A stretch of DNA of 64,000 nucleotides from an uncultured bacterium (GCA_963841935.1 CAWJEP010000001.1:10487-74486); one strand, 5' to 3'. Shown: positions 1 through 10,960, counted from the stretch's first letter. Made by a program: numbers and translations. Notes: a model not told the origin generated them from the letters alone.

Positions 1-607
1 CGTGAGTGATGAGAATAATCGTCCTTCCCTCTTCCAAATTGAGCTTCTGCAAAATGGACATCACATTTCTGCCGGATTTGCTGTCGAGATTTCCAGTCGG
101 TTCGTCGGCAAAAATAATTTCCGGGTCGGTAACTAGGGCGCGTGCGATGGCCGCGCGCTGTTTCTCACCGCCAGAAAGTTCGGAGGGCTGATGTTCCATT
201 CTATTTCCCAAACCGACCGACTCGACGGCCTTTTTCGCCCTTTCATTCCATTCTCTTTCGGGGATTTTCGAATACATGAGAGGCAGTTTTACGTTTTCGA
301 GAACGGTCGTGCGCGGCAAAAGATTGAAGGCCTGAAAAACGAAACCGACCTCGCGGTTGCGAAGTCCGGCTATCTCGTCGCCGGAATACGCCGAGGTATC
401 TTTGCCGTTGAAATGATAAGTGCCGCTTGTCGCCGTGTCCAAAAGTCCGAGTAAATGCAAAAGCGTGGACTTGCCGGAGCCGGACGGACCCATAATCGCC
501 AAAAATTCTCCTTTTCTTACGTTAAAACTCACGCCGTCAAGAGCCACGGTCGGTTCTTCGCCGTCGAAATAAGATTTCTTAAGGTCTTTTACTTCGATAA
601 TGTTCAT
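1..607 (-). CDS. ABC transporter ATP-binding protein (MacB/LolD-like), runs off window start
   Basis: Translated by hand: [51 protein letters not shown] (Walker A); ATG overlaps the stop of the upstream adaptor gene (ATGA). Confidence 0.9.
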   Translation of the reverse strand, partial: MNIIEVKDLKKSYFDGEEPTVALDGVSFNVRKGEFLAIMGPSGSGKSTLLHLLGLLDTATSGTYHFNGKDTSAYSGDEIAGLRNREVGFVFQAFNLLPRTTVLENVKLPLMYSKIPEREWNERAKKAVESVGLGNRMEHQPSELSGGEKQRAAIARALVTDPEIIFADEPTGNLDSKSGRNVMSILQKLNLEEGRTIILITH

Positions 608-2061
608 TGACCCTGTACGTACGTCACGACTTTGTCGCCCGCTTTGAGACTGGAGAGCACGGCTATCGTGCCGTCGGAACCTTTTAGACCGACAGTGACG
701 GGTACCGTCGTGTAAGTTTTGCCGTCTTTGTTTACCAACCTCACCGTCATCGAGCCGTCATTATCAATAATCGCGCGATAAGGAATAGCGACAACATTGT
801 TTTCTTCGTGAGTAAGAATTTCGAGATTCGCCGTCATGCCGGAGCGGATACGCGAGTCGTTTTGCAAAAACATCAAAGTAACTTTGTACGTGGGCACGCC
901 TTCGATTACGGTTTCAGCCGGGTCTATTGCCGTGACTTTTTCTTCAAAATCTATGTCGGAACCGTAGGCGTCCAATGTCGATGAAGCCATATCGCCAACG
1001 GAAATTTTCGCTATGTCGGCTTCGGCTACGTAAGCTTCGACCTTGAACTGCCCGTTGCTTTCCACGGCAAAACCTGAATCTCCGGCGGCCATAAACTCAC
1101 CGACATTTGGGTCGGCTTTGGTCACGATACCGTCAATCGGAGAAATAATAGTGTCTTCGTTTAGCGCGGCTTTTGCCGCGTCCACTCTGGCCATTTGCGC
1201 GGCGATGGCGTCGGAAGAATTGCCGGCGAGCGAGAGAGCGCTTTGGGCGGCGGTCATGGAATCAATCGCGCCGTTTAAGGTGGAGAGTCCCGTGTTCATG
1301 GCGGCGACGTCGGAAGTAATGGCGGCTTGCGGCAATCCGGAATTACTCTGATTGAGTTCGTTTATTATAAACGACAAGTCATTCATAAATTGTTTTATCG
1401 TGGAAAGATATTTTCCGGAATCGGACGCGAGCGTTGAAGCTTGGTTTGGAGTGGAAGTCGAAAGTTCGTTCGACCAAGCGGAGAGAGCCGTGGAAACGGA
1501 TAAGCGCTCGAAATTAATGGCGTTGGCGGTATCCGTAGTGTCGGTGCGAACGTTTATCGTTGGGTTTGGACTTTGAGGATTGTTAAAAAAATAATCCGTG
1601 TAATTTACGAGGGCACTTTGGGCTTTGGCGAAAGCGTCGTGAGCCGCGTTGATTGCGTTCGTGTTCGCGTTTGAAAGAGAGGTGGCCGCGGAAGAAACAG
1701 AGGGCTCGTCCAAAGACGCGGGTGACGGAGTCATGTCGGCGAGTGTCGCTTCCGCGCTTTCGAGGTTGGCCTCATCGCTCGCGCTATCAAGAGAAACTAT
1801 CGGGTCGCCGGCATTGACCATTTGTCCCACGGAAACGTATATACGCGAGATTACGCCGGACTTCTCGAAAGCCAAGTCCGCGCTGCTTAACGGAGACACC
1901 GTGCCCGTGACGCTTACCGTTTCAATGACGTTGCCCACGGAAGCGGTGGCTGATTGAAAAGTCGCCGCGCCGCCGCGGCTTGTCATAATCAGAATGACGA
2001 CGATGATTACCAAGACGACGATAGCGGAAATAACGTATTTTTTACCTAAATATTTTTTCAT
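604..2061 (-). CDS. Efflux RND/MacA-type periplasmic adaptor subunit
   Basis: N-terminal TM, lipoyl half-motifs (LAFEKSGVISRIYVSVG; SPIDGIVT), long helical hairpin, EADIAKISVG, IRSGMTANLEI. Confidence 0.9.
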   Translation of the reverse strand: MKKYLGKKYVISAIVVLVIIVVILIMTSRGGAATFQSATASVGNVIETVSVTGTVSPLSSADLAFEKSGVISRIYVSVGQMVNAGDPIVSLDSASDEANLESAEATLADMTPSPASLDEPSVSSAATSLSNANTNAINAAHDAFAKAQSALVNYTDYFFNNPQSPNPTINVRTDTTDTANAINFERLSVSTALSAWSNELSTSTPNQASTLASDSGKYLSTIKQFMNDLSFIINELNQSNSGLPQAAITSDVAAMNTGLSTLNGAIDSMTAAQSALSLAGNSSDAIAAQMARVDAAKAALNEDTIISPIDGIVTKADPNVGEFMAAGDSGFAVESNGQFKVEAYVAEADIAKISVGDMASSTLDAYGSDIDFEEKVTAIDPAETVIEGVPTYKVTLMFLQNDSRIRSGMTANLEILTHEENNVVAIPYRAIIDNDGSMTVRLVNKDGKTYTTVPVTVGLKGSDGTIAVLSSLKAGDKVVTYVQGQ

Positions 2062-2083
2062 GGTTTTGTTAATTCGATTATAA

Positions 2084-2129
2084 CAAAAACCGGGGCTTTT
2101 CGGAAATTTCCGAAAAGCCCCGGTTTTTT
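2084..2129. terminator. Bidirectional intrinsic terminator after rplB
   Basis: aaaaaccggggcttttcggaaatttccgaaaagccccggttttt, perfect palindrome with A/T tails. Confidence 0.8.
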
Positions 2130-2132
2130 AAT

Positions 2133-2984
2133 TTATTCCGTTTTCTTTCTCTTGCCGACTTGTCTGCGCGAAACGATGAAAACATTCGAGTATTTTTTCG
2201 GCGTACGGGTTTTCTGCCCCTTACCCGACGGCTTGCCCCACATGGTTTTCAAACGGCGAAGTCCTCTGCCCTGTCGCCCTTCGCCTCCGCCGTAAGGATG
2301 GTCAACGGGGTTCATTGCCGAACCGCGAACGGTCGGACGGATGCCGAGCCAGCGAGAGCGTCCCGCTTTGCCGGAGGATACGAGCCAGTGCTCGTCGTTT
2401 GAAACTTGTCCGACCATTGCGAAAGATTCGTCGTTTATTTTTCTGACTTCGGTCGAAGGCATCTTGACTTGGGTGTAACCTTGGTCGTTGCCGATGACTT
2501 GGGCGAAAATGCCGGCGGCGCGAGCGATTTTGGCGCCGCCGTGCGGATGGATTTCAATATTGTAGACGAAAGTGCCGACGGGAATTTTCTTCAATGGTAG
2601 TGCGTTGCCCGGCGCGACGAGAACGTCCGGTCCGGCAATTATAGTCGCGCCAACCTTAACATCTTTAGGAAGAAGAACGTATCGGCGCTCGCCGTCACGG
2701 TAGGCGGCAAGACCGATAAATCCGGAGCGGCTAGGGTCGTATTCAACGGATTTAATCGTCGCCGGAATGCCGACTTTGTCGAACGAGAAAGAAACATCGC
2801 GAAGAAGGCGCTTGTGACCGCTGCCTTTGTGGCGCACGGTGATGCGGCCTTGGTTGTTTCGTCCGACATCGCGTTTAATGCCTTTAGTCAGAGATTTTTC
2901 CGGATTCTGGGTAGTCAAAAACTTTCGAAACTCGATCGTCTGCATCTCTCGTCTGCCGTTTGAACGTGGGTTGTAGGATTTCAT
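2133..2984 (-). CDS. rplB: 50S ribosomal protein L2
   Basis: GRNNQGRITVRHKG, VRGSAMNPVDHPYGGGEG. Confidence 0.98.
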   Translation of the reverse strand: MKSYNPRSNGRREMQTIEFRKFLTTQNPEKSLTKGIKRDVGRNNQGRITVRHKGSGHKRLLRDVSFSFDKVGIPATIKSVEYDPSRSGFIGLAAYRDGERRYVLLPKDVKVGATIIAGPDVLVAPGNALPLKKIPVGTFVYNIEIHPHGGAKIARAAGIFAQVIGNDQGYTQVKMPSTEVRKINDESFAMVGQVSNDEHWLVSSGKAGRSRWLGIRPTVRGSAMNPVDHPYGGGEGRQGRGLRRLKTMWGKPSGKGQKTRTPKKYSNVFIVSRRQVGKRKKTE

Positions 2985-2988
2985 ATGT

Positions 2989-3396
2989 TTAAATAAATTC
3001 TATGGTGTCGCCTTTCTTGAGATAGACGTAAGCTTTCTTGCCGCTCGAAGTCTTTCCGATGATTCCGCGAAGATTTCTTTTCTTCGAGCGAATTGTCGTG
3101 ACCGAAACGCGAACCGGAACGACTTTGTAAAGCGCTTCTACCGCCTCGGCAATCTGTTTTGAACCGGCGCCTTTCACGACTTCGAAAGTATAAACTCCCG
3201 ACTGGGACAAAGTTCCGCTTTTTTCCGTGATGTGCGGACGGACAATTACCGCCGCGGCGACTGTGGAAATATTTTTTGGTGCCGAAACCGCCGGCTTGCC
3301 CGCCGTAGCCTTGGCGGAGGCGGGCGACTTTACTTTCGCTTTCTTTTCCACCTTCTCAACCTTATTTTCCGTCTTCTTTTTTCCAAATAGAGCCAT
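2989..3396 (-). CDS. rplW: 50S ribosomal protein L23 with Lys-rich N-terminal extension
   Basis: RPHITEKS...YTFEV...KKAYVYLKKG; position between rplD and rplB. Confidence 0.95.
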   Translation of the reverse strand: MALFGKKKTENKVEKVEKKAKVKSPASAKATAGKPAVSAPKNISTVAAAVIVRPHITEKSGTLSQSGVYTFEVVKGAGSKQIAEAVEALYKVVPVRVSVTTIRSKKRNLRGIIGKTSSGKKAYVYLKKGDTIEFI

Positions 3397-3400
3397 AATA

Positions 3401-4060
3401 TTATTTTTTATTGGAGAAAACTTGGAGCGACGACTCCGGATTTTCGAAAATGACGAAAGTCGAATTGAGAATGTCCAGGGGATTTATATTTCTCGCTTCT
3501 TCGACTTTGACGCTTCCGATGTTTCTGAAGCTTTTTTCGGCCGTTACACTTTTTGATGAAAGGGCGATGACACCGGCGTTTACTTTTTTCTTTGAAAGTC
3601 TCTCGAAGCCTTTGATTTTCGAAAGCGATACGAGAGCGGATTTCGCCTCGGCCGTTTTCGGAGCGGCGAATTTGAAAGAATCGACGAAAAGGACTTCCCC
3701 GTCTTTCCATTTTCGCGAGAGCAAAGTGAAAAGAGCTTTGGTTTTCATTTTCTTGTTCACTTTGCGCTCGTAGTTCTTGTCTTTGCGAGGACCATGGGTC
3801 ACGCCACCACCGACCCACAAAGGCGAACGAGTAGAGCCGTGTCTCGCGCGGCCGGTGCCTTTCTGTCGCCACGGCTTTTTGCCGCCGCCGCGCACTTCGC
3901 CGCGAGTTTTGGCGTGAGCTATCGGTCGGCGAGCGGTCGATTGCATGGAAGTCACGACCTGATGCACGAGGTCGGCGTTCCAAGGCAGACCGAAAATGCT
4001 TTCGGAAAGTTTTATCTTTCCCGATTCCTTACCTTTTATGTTGTAAATAGTTGCTTCCAT
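3401..4060 (-). CDS. rplD: 50S ribosomal protein L4
   Basis: KTRGEVRGGGKKPWRQKGTGRARHGS. Confidence 0.98.
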   Translation of the reverse strand: MEATIYNIKGKESGKIKLSESIFGLPWNADLVHQVVTSMQSTARRPIAHAKTRGEVRGGGKKPWRQKGTGRARHGSTRSPLWVGGGVTHGPRKDKNYERKVNKKMKTKALFTLLSRKWKDGEVLFVDSFKFAAPKTAEAKSALVSLSKIKGFERLSKKKVNAGVIALSSKSVTAEKSFRNIGSVKVEEARNINPLDILNSTFVIFENPESSLQVFSNKK

Positions 4061-4069
4061 ATATTTAAA

Positions 4070-4687
4070 TTATTTCGCGATGATTCGCACCAATGTACCT
4101 CGCTTACCGGCGACCGAACCTTTGACCACAAGGGTGTTCGTCGCTTGATCGACCTGAAGAATCGAAAGATTTCTCACCGTGACTTGGTCAGAGCCCATTC
4201 TTCCCGGCATTCTTTTGCCTTTCGCCACTTTGCCTCCGCCGCCGCGACCGCCACCGGCGATGGTGCCCACTTCGCGCTCGGAATGTTTCTGTCCGTGAGT
4301 TCGGCTACCGCCTTTGAAGTGATAACGTTTGACCGCGCCGGCAAATCCTTTGCCTTTTGATTCACTTCGCACCGAAATCATATCTCCGGCTTTGAAATTT
4401 GAAAGGTCAATCTTGTCTCCGACTTTCATGGCTTTCGAGTCTACGCGAAACTCTTCCATCGCGCGGAAGTTGCCGAGATCTTTTGTGTGACCTTTCACCG
4501 CTTTCGAAAGACGAGATTCTTTCTGAACGCCAAATCCGACCTGCACGGCTTCGTAGCCGTCGCTTTCTTTCGATTTGACCTGCGTCACGACAAGCGGTCC
4601 GGCGGAAATCACGGTCGCGGGAAAGGCGCGACCTTCATCGTCGAAAACTTGAGTCATATATTCTTTTGTTCCAAGAATGAATTTCAT
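4070..4687 (-). CDS. rplC: 50S ribosomal protein L3
   Basis: DGYEAVQVG, SKGKGFAGAVKRY, KGKRMPGRMG. Confidence 0.98.
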   Translation of the reverse strand: MKFILGTKEYMTQVFDDEGRAFPATVISAGPLVVTQVKSKESDGYEAVQVGFGVQKESRLSKAVKGHTKDLGNFRAMEEFRVDSKAMKVGDKIDLSNFKAGDMISVRSESKGKGFAGAVKRYHFKGGSRTHGQKHSEREVGTIAGGGRGGGGKVAKGKRMPGRMGSDQVTVRNLSILQVDQATNTLVVKGSVAGKRGTLVRIIAK

Positions 4688-4824
4688 GTTCGTAATAGCG
4701 CGAGCGCGGGATTTGAGTCCTGTAGGCTCTCTATTCGCCTCTACGGCGAACCCGCCGATGAGGCGGGAAAAAGCAGTTCCCTGCTTAGTGAGAACATACT
4801 ACACAGAACATGAAAATAATGCAA
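4688..4824 (-). promoter_or_regulatory. rplC promoter plus structured ~100-nt leader
   Basis: TTGCAT (4819-4824), 17 bp, TAGTAT (4796-4801); consecutive hairpins at 4771-4786, 4751-4767 and 4734-4750. Confidence 0.55.
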
Positions 4825-4876
4825 GAAAAACAAAAAGGCGCGGTCGTTTTCACGACCGCGCCGGAAGAGAGTTAGT

Positions 4877-5068
4877 TCAACCAAGTTTTGCCCACGCTCT
4901 CATCCTGAGGGCTTTGAGTGAGGTCCTACCCAACTCGGTGTCTTCAGAAGGAACAAACGACGGCTTCTGTGCCGGTAGCCCCATGTCAACTCGAAGGATA
5001 TAAATATCAGCTTCGGTCAGATTTTTCCCCTGGATTTTCTCAGCGAACCGTTCTTCTGTTATAGGCAT
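4877..5068 (-). CDS. Small hypothetical protein inserted between rpsJ and rplC
   Basis: 63-aa ORF with its own TTGACA/TAATAT promoter (5146-5173) and a terminator hairpin at 4837-4863. Confidence 0.55.
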   Translation of the reverse strand: MPITEERFAEKIQGKNLTEADIYILRVDMGLPAQKPSFVPSEDTELGRTSLKALRMRAWAKLG

Positions 5069-5209
5069 AAATTAAACCCTGTTCACCTGGAAAGCGTAAT
5101 TGCCGTCCATGTAACAGGATTCAATTTTTAAAAGAGCTATCTTGGATATTACAAATATATTGATAAATGTCAATAGCACAAAAAACCGCCCTTGCGGGCG
5201 GTTTTTTGT

Positions 5210-5606
5210 TTACGCCATCTTTACATCTATATTGACGCCGGACGGAAGAGAAAGGTTCGTCAGATGCTTCGATGATTTTCGGGTTCGGGTTGAGGATGTC
5301 GATAAGGCGCTTGTGAACGCGCATTTCGAATTGTTCGCGGGCGTTTTTGTAGACGAAAGAAGCGCGATTGACCGTGTATTTTTTGATTTCGGTCGGAAGC
5401 GGAATGGGTCCCAAGACTTCGACATCATATCGGAGCGCCGTGTCGATGATTTGCTTGACCGAGGTGTCGAGGATTTTCGATTCGTAAGCGCGGACCCTGA
5501 TACGAAGTCGCGGCACGACTTCCGCCTTGGCGACTTTGGCCACAGCTTTTACAGCCGGCTTTTTCGACACCGTCTTTTTCTTTATTTCTTTCGGTTCGGT
5601 TGCCAC
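5210..5606 (-). CDS. rpsJ: 30S ribosomal protein S10 (one extra base near 5265)
   Basis: RLRIRVRAYE, GPIPLPT, REQFEMRVHKRLIDI; the correct C-terminus LTNLSLPSGVNIDVKMA is in another frame and ends at 5210 before the terminator at 5181-5208. Confidence 0.93.
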
Positions 5607-5610
5607 AGAT

Positions 5611-6801
5611 TTATTTTACGACTTTCGTTACGACTCCGGCGCCGACAGTCTTGCCTCCTTCGCGGATAGCAAAGCGCTGTTTGTCCTCGAGAGCGATCGG
5701 AGCGACGAGTTTTACTTTGAAAGTTATGGTGTCTCCCGGCATAACCATTTCAACTTTTTCCGGAAGAGTCACTTCGCCGGTGACATCGGTCGTGCGGAAA
5801 TAGAATTGCGGTTTGTAACCGTTGAAGAACGGCGTATGTCGTCCGCCTTCCTCTTTCTTCAAAATGTAGACTTCCGATTCGAATTCGGTGTGAGGAGTAG
5901 TCGTGCCCGGCTTGGCGAGAACTTGTCCGCGATGGACGGCGTCCTTGGCGGTGCCACGAAGAAGTACCCCGGCATTGTCTCCGGCCATACCGCTCTGAAG
6001 CTGTTTGTTGAACATTTCTATACCGGTGATGGTCGTTTTGGTCGTCGGGTGAAGACCGATGATTTCGACTTCGTCTCCGATTTTTACCTGGCCGCGTTCG
6101 ATGCGTCCGGTGACGACGGTGCCGCGTCCTTCAATGGAGAAAATGTCTTCAATCGGCATGAGGAAAGGCTTGTCGGTGTCTCGAACCGGAAGCGGAATGT
6201 AGGTGTCGAGAGCGTTCATAAGATCTTTGATTTTCTTTGCCCATTCGTCGTTGTTGTCTTTCGATTCGAGAGCTTTGAGAGCCGAGCCGCGGATGACCGG
6301 AGAATCGGTGTAGCCCTGCTTGGCGAGAAGGCCTTTGACTTCCTCTTCGACGAGGTCGATGAGTTCTTTGTCTTCAACGGCGTCGCATTTGTTGAGGAAA
6401 GCGATGACTTTCGGCACGCCGACTTGGCGGGCGAGCAAAATGTGTTCGCGAGTCTGTGGCATCGGACCGTCGATTGCGGAGACAACGAGAATAGCGGCAT
6501 CCATTTGGGCGGCGCCGGTAATCATATTCTTTATATAGTCCGCGTGTCCCGGAGCGTCGATATGAGCGTAGTGACGGGTCGGCGTCTCGTACTCGACGTG
6601 AGCGAGCGAGATGGTGACGACTTTCGTGGCGTCGCGGACAGTACCGCCTTTGGCGATATCTCCGTAAGCTTTGACTGTGGCGAGTCCGTCGCGAGCCTGA
6701 ACCGCGAGTATCGCGGTCGTGAGCGTGGTCTTGCCGTGGTCAACGTGACCGATGGTTCCAACGTTTACGTGCGGCTTTGTTCTTTTGAATTCTCCTGCCA
6801 T
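5611..6801 (-). CDS. tuf: Elongation factor Tu
   Basis: [36 protein letters not shown]. Confidence 0.99.
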   Translation of the reverse strand: MAGEFKRTKPHVNVGTIGHVDHGKTTLTTAILAVQARDGLATVKAYGDIAKGGTVRDATKVVTISLAHVEYETPTRHYAHIDAPGHADYIKNMITGAAQMDAAILVVSAIDGPMPQTREHILLARQVGVPKVIAFLNKCDAVEDKELIDLVEEEVKGLLAKQGYTDSPVIRGSALKALESKDNNDEWAKKIKDLMNALDTYIPLPVRDTDKPFLMPIEDIFSIEGRGTVVTGRIERGQVKIGDEVEIIGLHPTTKTTITGIEMFNKQLQSGMAGDNAGVLLRGTAKDAVHRGQVLAKPGTTTPHTEFESEVYILKKEEGGRHTPFFNGYKPQFYFRTTDVTGEVTLPEKVEMVMPGDTITFKVKLVAPIALEDKQRFAIREGGKTVGAGVVTKVVK

Positions 6802-6955
6802 ATTATTTTTAATTAATGCTTTTAAATTTATAATCGAAACGACGAAAAAAAGCGCATAGAATGCGTAGCGAAAAGTATATGCGAAAGGCCCAGCGAAGTC
6901 AAACGAAAGCCCCGCGGCACTTCGTGCCGCGGGGCTTTCATAAAAATTTCGGAAA

Positions 6956-7105
6956 TTACGGAGTCGTGGTCGTCGAGACGGTCGTCGGAGCTGTCATAGT
7001 GCTCGAGCTCGATGAGCTTGAGTACCACCAGATGCCGAGCAAGACAACTACGATGACAATAATCCACACAACCACGCTCGTCGTTGAACCTTTGTTTACT
7101 GACAT
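6956..7105 (-). CDS. Small single-TM protein with Ser/Thr-rich tail
   Basis: [32 protein letters not shown]...TTTTP; followed by terminator hairpin 6905-6939. Confidence 0.6.
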   Translation of the reverse strand: MSVNKGSTTSVVVWIIVIVVVLLGIWWYSSSSSSSTMTAPTTVSTTTTP

Positions 7106-7274
7106 TGAATACTTTAAATTATTTTCTAATAAACGGACTTGCTCCCCATTGTATAACATTCGAACAAAAAAGATACCGCTTGCATCATCTCCAAACTTAT
7201 TTGACATAATATTTTATTTATGTTAGTAAAGAAATAGTCCAGTAAAACCAACAACGGCTAAAGAGAATTCCCTT

Positions 7275-8222
7275 ATGAACAAAAGCTCATTGTCAGTCCT
7301 GAAGGCGCTTTACGCCTTCGCCTTCGCGGGTCTTATCCCCGCTTTCACATCAGTCGTAAACGGTCAGACGGCCTCGATACAAGTGTCTCCCAATTCGCCT
7401 CCCGATGGAGCGTTCCAGCAAGATACGGGAGGCAACGTGGCTCTCGTTTTCGACGTTTTGAATCCGACCGGCGCCGACTTAACAATCGGTTTCGGTCTGA
7501 CGGCTTCCGGTCCCGTAACGGATCTTGTCGTAAAAGACTCCGGCGGAACGGTGCGCCACGCGGATTCCGTAAACTCCACAGGTTCTGCAATGCAGTTTGA
7601 TTTCTACTCACTCATCGTGCCGGCAAATTCCAATCAAGAATATTCCGTCGTGGTGCGGATAGGAAATTTATCGGCCGGACAGCAGGTATTGGTAGGCATG
7701 GGCTTTTTCAGCTCAAACGCCACAATCAATATAACCACTTGGCCGCTGGGAAATATTCAAACCATTGTCACCAAACTCGCGCAGAAAAATTCATTCCTGA
7801 ATCTATCCGCGCGGGCCACAGTTACGACTTCGTCGCCGCTCATAGGCGGATTCGTCATATCGAACGACGAAAGCTCGAAGACAAAGGTTTTGATCAGAGC
7901 GGTGGGTCCGACATTGTCAGTGTTTGGTGTGACCAATCCTCTGAAAAATTCATACCTCACCGTCTACGATTCCCGTGGTCTTATCGTTGCTCAAAATAAC
8001 GGCTGGTCCGGGAACGCTGATGTGACAACGGTAGTCAACACGGAAGCGGCAGTCGGAACATTCGGTTTTAACCCCGGAAGTCTCGACTCGGCGCTTGTTT
8101 TGTCGCTTTCGCCAGGAACATACACCGCGGAAGTTACGAGTGGCGACGGCACGTCGGGAACGGCACTCGTCGAGGTGTACAAGGTATCGGACGGACCGCT
8201 ACCAGTGCCGGAGAAAGGATAG
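7275..8222 (+). CDS. Secreted protein with Verrucomicrobia (Opitutaceae/Chthoniobacterales)-like C-terminal domain
   Basis: Signal peptide; NLSARA...LIGGFVI...VLIRAVGPTL..FGV...AQNNGW...AAVGTF...DSALVLSLSPGTYTAEV...GTALVEVY (recognised from memory). Confidence 0.75.
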   Translation: MNKSSLSVLKALYAFAFAGLIPAFTSVVNGQTASIQVSPNSPPDGAFQQDTGGNVALVFDVLNPTGADLTIGFGLTASGPVTDLVVKDSGGTVRHADSVNSTGSAMQFDFYSLIVPANSNQEYSVVVRIGNLSAGQQVLVGMGFFSSNATINITTWPLGNIQTIVTKLAQKNSFLNLSARATVTTSSPLIGGFVISNDESSKTKVLIRAVGPTLSVFGVTNPLKNSYLTVYDSRGLIVAQNNGWSGNADVTTVVNTEAAVGTFGFNPGSLDSALVLSLSPGTYTAEVTSGDGTSGTALVEVYKVSDGPLPVPEKG

Positions 8223-8243
8223 TTTCAAGACAGGTAAAAATTC

Positions 8244-8280
8244 AAACGGCGGTTCACATATAATGCGAACCGCCGTTTTT
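8244..8280. terminator. Bidirectional terminator between convergent genes
   Basis: aaacggcggttc...gaaccgccgtttt. Confidence 0.75.
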
Positions 8281-8301
8281 TCTTTGCGAAAATTTCCTGG
8301 A

Positions 8302-10446
8302 TTATTTCCTCGCCTCCACAATCTCTTTTTCCACGTTCGGCGGCACGACCTCGTAATGGTCGAATTCCATTTGGGCGCTTCCCTGTCCGGAAGTCATGGA
8401 GCGCAGCTGGGTGGTGTAGCCGAACATTTCGGCGAGAGGCACTTTGGCGAGAATCGAAAGTACCGGACCTTTCGGCTGTGTGCCTTCTATCATTCCTCGT
8501 TTTGAAGCAATCGAGCCGGTGATGTCGCCCATATATTTTTCCGGCGCCACGACCTCTAGCTTCATTATCGGTTCTAGAATGACGGCTTTGGCGCGTTTCG
8601 ATGCGTCTTGGAAAGCTTGCGAGGCGGCGATTTTGTAGGCGATTTCCGAAGAGTCGACGTCGTGATAAGAACCGAATGTAAGTTCGCAGGAAACGTTGAC
8701 CATTTTGAAACCGGCGACGACGCCGCGATCCATGGCTTCGCGCACGCCTTTTTCGACAGCCGGAATAAATTCGTTCGGAATAACGCCTCCTTTAATCGAG
8801 TTGATGAATTCGAAATCGTCGTAGCGGGAGACATTCTTAGGAATTTTTTCTCCTTCGACAAGCGGCGGCAAAGGTTTAAGAATAATTTTCACATGGCCGT
8901 ATTGACCCTTACCTCCGGATTGTTTGATGTATTTGTGTTCGGCCTCCGCGGTTCCGAGAATTGTTTCGCGATAAGCCACTTGCGGTTTGCCGACCGTGGT
9001 GTTCACGCCAAACTCTCTTTTCATTCGGTCAACCATAATTTCGAGATGGAGTTCTCCCATACCGGAGATAATAGTCTCGCCGGTTTCCGAGTTGGCGCTG
9101 ATTTTAAATGTCGGATCTTCGTTCGCCAATTTGCGCAAGGCCATTCCCATTTTTTCTTGGTCGGCTTTGGTTTTCGGTTCGACGCGAAGAGAGACGACCG
9201 GCTCGATAAACTTGATGACTTCGAGAAGAATCGGTTTGTTTTCGTCGCAAAGGGTGTTTGATGTCAACGCGTCTTTGAGACCGACGGCGGCGGCGATTTC
9301 ACCGGCGAAAACTTTTTTCACTTCTTCGCGTTTGTCGGCTTGGAGCCGGACGATGCGCGAAAGTCTTTCTTTCTTGCCCGTCGATGAGTTGTAAATATAA
9401 GAGCCGGCTTCCAAGGTTCCCGAATAAACACGGAAGAATGTGAGAGCTCCGACGAACGGGTCGTTTTGAAGTTTGAAAGCCAGGGCGGAGAATGGTTCCG
9501 AGTCGTCGGCATGGCGGAAAATCTCTTCGCCGGTATTCGGGTCGGTGCCTTTGACCGCCGGAATGTCTAGAGGCGACGGAAGATAGTCGACGACGGCGTC
9601 GAGAATGAGCTGGACGCCTTTGTTTTTGAGCGCCGAGCCGGTCATGACGGGGAAAATATGATTTCCGAGAACGGCTTTGCGCAAACCTTTCTTTATCGTT
9701 TCCAAATCGAAAACTTTTCCTTCAAGATACGCCGTCATCAGAGAATCATCGGTCTCGGCGATTCTTTCGATCATTTGAGCGCGCCATTTTTCGGCATCCG
9801 CTTTTAGTTTCTCCGGAATTTCAATCTCTTTGACATCCATTCCCATTTCGCCTTCGAAGTGATAGGCCTTCATACGAATAAGGTCGATGACGCCTTCGAA
9901 ATTTTCTTCGGAACCTATCGGAAGTTGAATCGGCACGGCGTATTTGCTCAATCGTTCGAGGATTGATTTGTATGATTTTTCGAAAGACGCGCCCATTCTG
10001 TCCATTTTGTTTATGAAACAGATGCGAGGCACTTTGCTCTCATCGGCGTAGCGCCAGTTGGTTTCGGATTGTGGCTCAACTCCGGCGACGCCGTCGAAAA
10101 CGACGACCGCGCCGTCGAGCACGCGAAGCGAGCGTTTGACTTCGACGGTGAAATCAATATGTCCGGGTGTGTCGATGACATTGAAACGGCATTTTTTGGA
10201 GGTGTCGGTCTTCGGCATGTATGAAGGATTCCAAAAACAAGTGATGGCGGCGGCCGTGATGGTGATGCCGCGCTCGCGCTCCTGTTCCATCCAGTCGGTA
10301 ACCGTGTCGCCTTCGTGGACTTCGCCGATTTTATGCGTCATTCCGGTGTAGAAAAGAATGCGTTCTGACGTCGTTGTCTTGCCGGCGTCGATATGGGCGA
10401 TGACGCCGAAATTTCTGACTTTATCTAGAGGATAATCTCTGTTCAT
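8302..10446 (-). CDS. fusA: Elongation factor G
   Basis: [31 protein letters not shown]. Confidence 0.99.
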   Translation of the reverse strand: MNRDYPLDKVRNFGVIAHIDAGKTTTSERILFYTGMTHKIGEVHEGDTVTDWMEQERERGITITAAAITCFWNPSYMPKTDTSKKCRFNVIDTPGHIDFTVEVKRSLRVLDGAVVVFDGVAGVEPQSETNWRYADESKVPRICFINKMDRMGASFEKSYKSILERLSKYAVPIQLPIGSEENFEGVIDLIRMKAYHFEGEMGMDVKEIEIPEKLKADAEKWRAQMIERIAETDDSLMTAYLEGKVFDLETIKKGLRKAVLGNHIFPVMTGSALKNKGVQLILDAVVDYLPSPLDIPAVKGTDPNTGEEIFRHADDSEPFSALAFKLQNDPFVGALTFFRVYSGTLEAGSYIYNSSTGKKERLSRIVRLQADKREEVKKVFAGEIAAAVGLKDALTSNTLCDENKPILLEVIKFIEPVVSLRVEPKTKADQEKMGMALRKLANEDPTFKISANSETGETIISGMGELHLEIMVDRMKREFGVNTTVGKPQVAYRETILGTAEAEHKYIKQSGGKGQYGHVKIILKPLPPLVEGEKIPKNVSRYDDFEFINSIKGGVIPNEFIPAVEKGVREAMDRGVVAGFKMVNVSCELTFGSYHDVDSSEIAYKIAASQAFQDASKRAKAVILEPIMKLEVVAPEKYMGDITGSIASKRGMIEGTQPKGPVLSILAKVPLAEMFGYTTQLRSMTSGQGSAQMEFDHYEVVPPNVEKEIVEARK

Positions 10447-10483
10447 TTTTATTTTTTATAATTTTTATAGAAGAAAAAATATT

Positions 10484-10954
10484 TTACCACGCGAAGTGAG
10501 CAAACGCCTTGTTCGATTCCGCCATTTTGTGGACATTTTCGCGTTTCTTGACTGCTTCACCTTCGTTTTTGCTTGCGGCGATGATTTCGTCGGCAAGTTT
10601 CTTGTGCATTTCAGTGCCTTTCTTTGAGCGAGCGGCATCAATAATCCATTTCATAGACAAAGCTTGGCGGCGTTCGGGTCGGACTTCGACAGGAACCTGA
10701 TAGTTGGCGCCACCAACACGGCGTGAGCGGACTTCGACGTTTGGCGCGGTGTTTTTCAAAGCGTTTTCGAAAACTTCAACCGGATTTTCGACTTTAGCTT
10801 TTTCTTTTATGGTATCAAAACAGCGATAGACAACGGCTCGGGCCGTTTCTTTCTTGCCGGACTCCATCACATAGTTGATGAGCTTGGAAACTTTTTCAGA
10901 TTCGTATACGCGGTCGGGGAAAAGGTCTCTTTTTGTGTTTATTTTTCGTCTCAT
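10484..10954 (-). CDS. rpsG: 30S ribosomal protein S7
   Basis: [28 protein letters not shown]. Confidence 0.99.
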   Translation of the reverse strand: MRRKINTKRDLFPDRVYESEKVSKLINYVMESGKKETARAVVYRCFDTIKEKAKVENPVEVFENALKNTAPNVEVRSRRVGGANYQVPVEVRPERRQALSMKWIIDAARSKKGTEMHKKLADEIIAASKNEGEAVKKRENVHKMAESNKAFAHFAW

Positions 10955-10960
10955 GGTATT

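Noticed and set aside
5121-5265. Programmed frameshift or C-terminal extension of S10
   Set aside because: No slippery site; the extension would run through the terminator; other indels in the window point to sequencing error
5527-6816. 429-aa + strand ORF (and similar long ORFs opposite fusA, pgk, tpiA, recJ and nusA)
   Set aside because: Antisense shadows of conserved genes with no recognisable motifs
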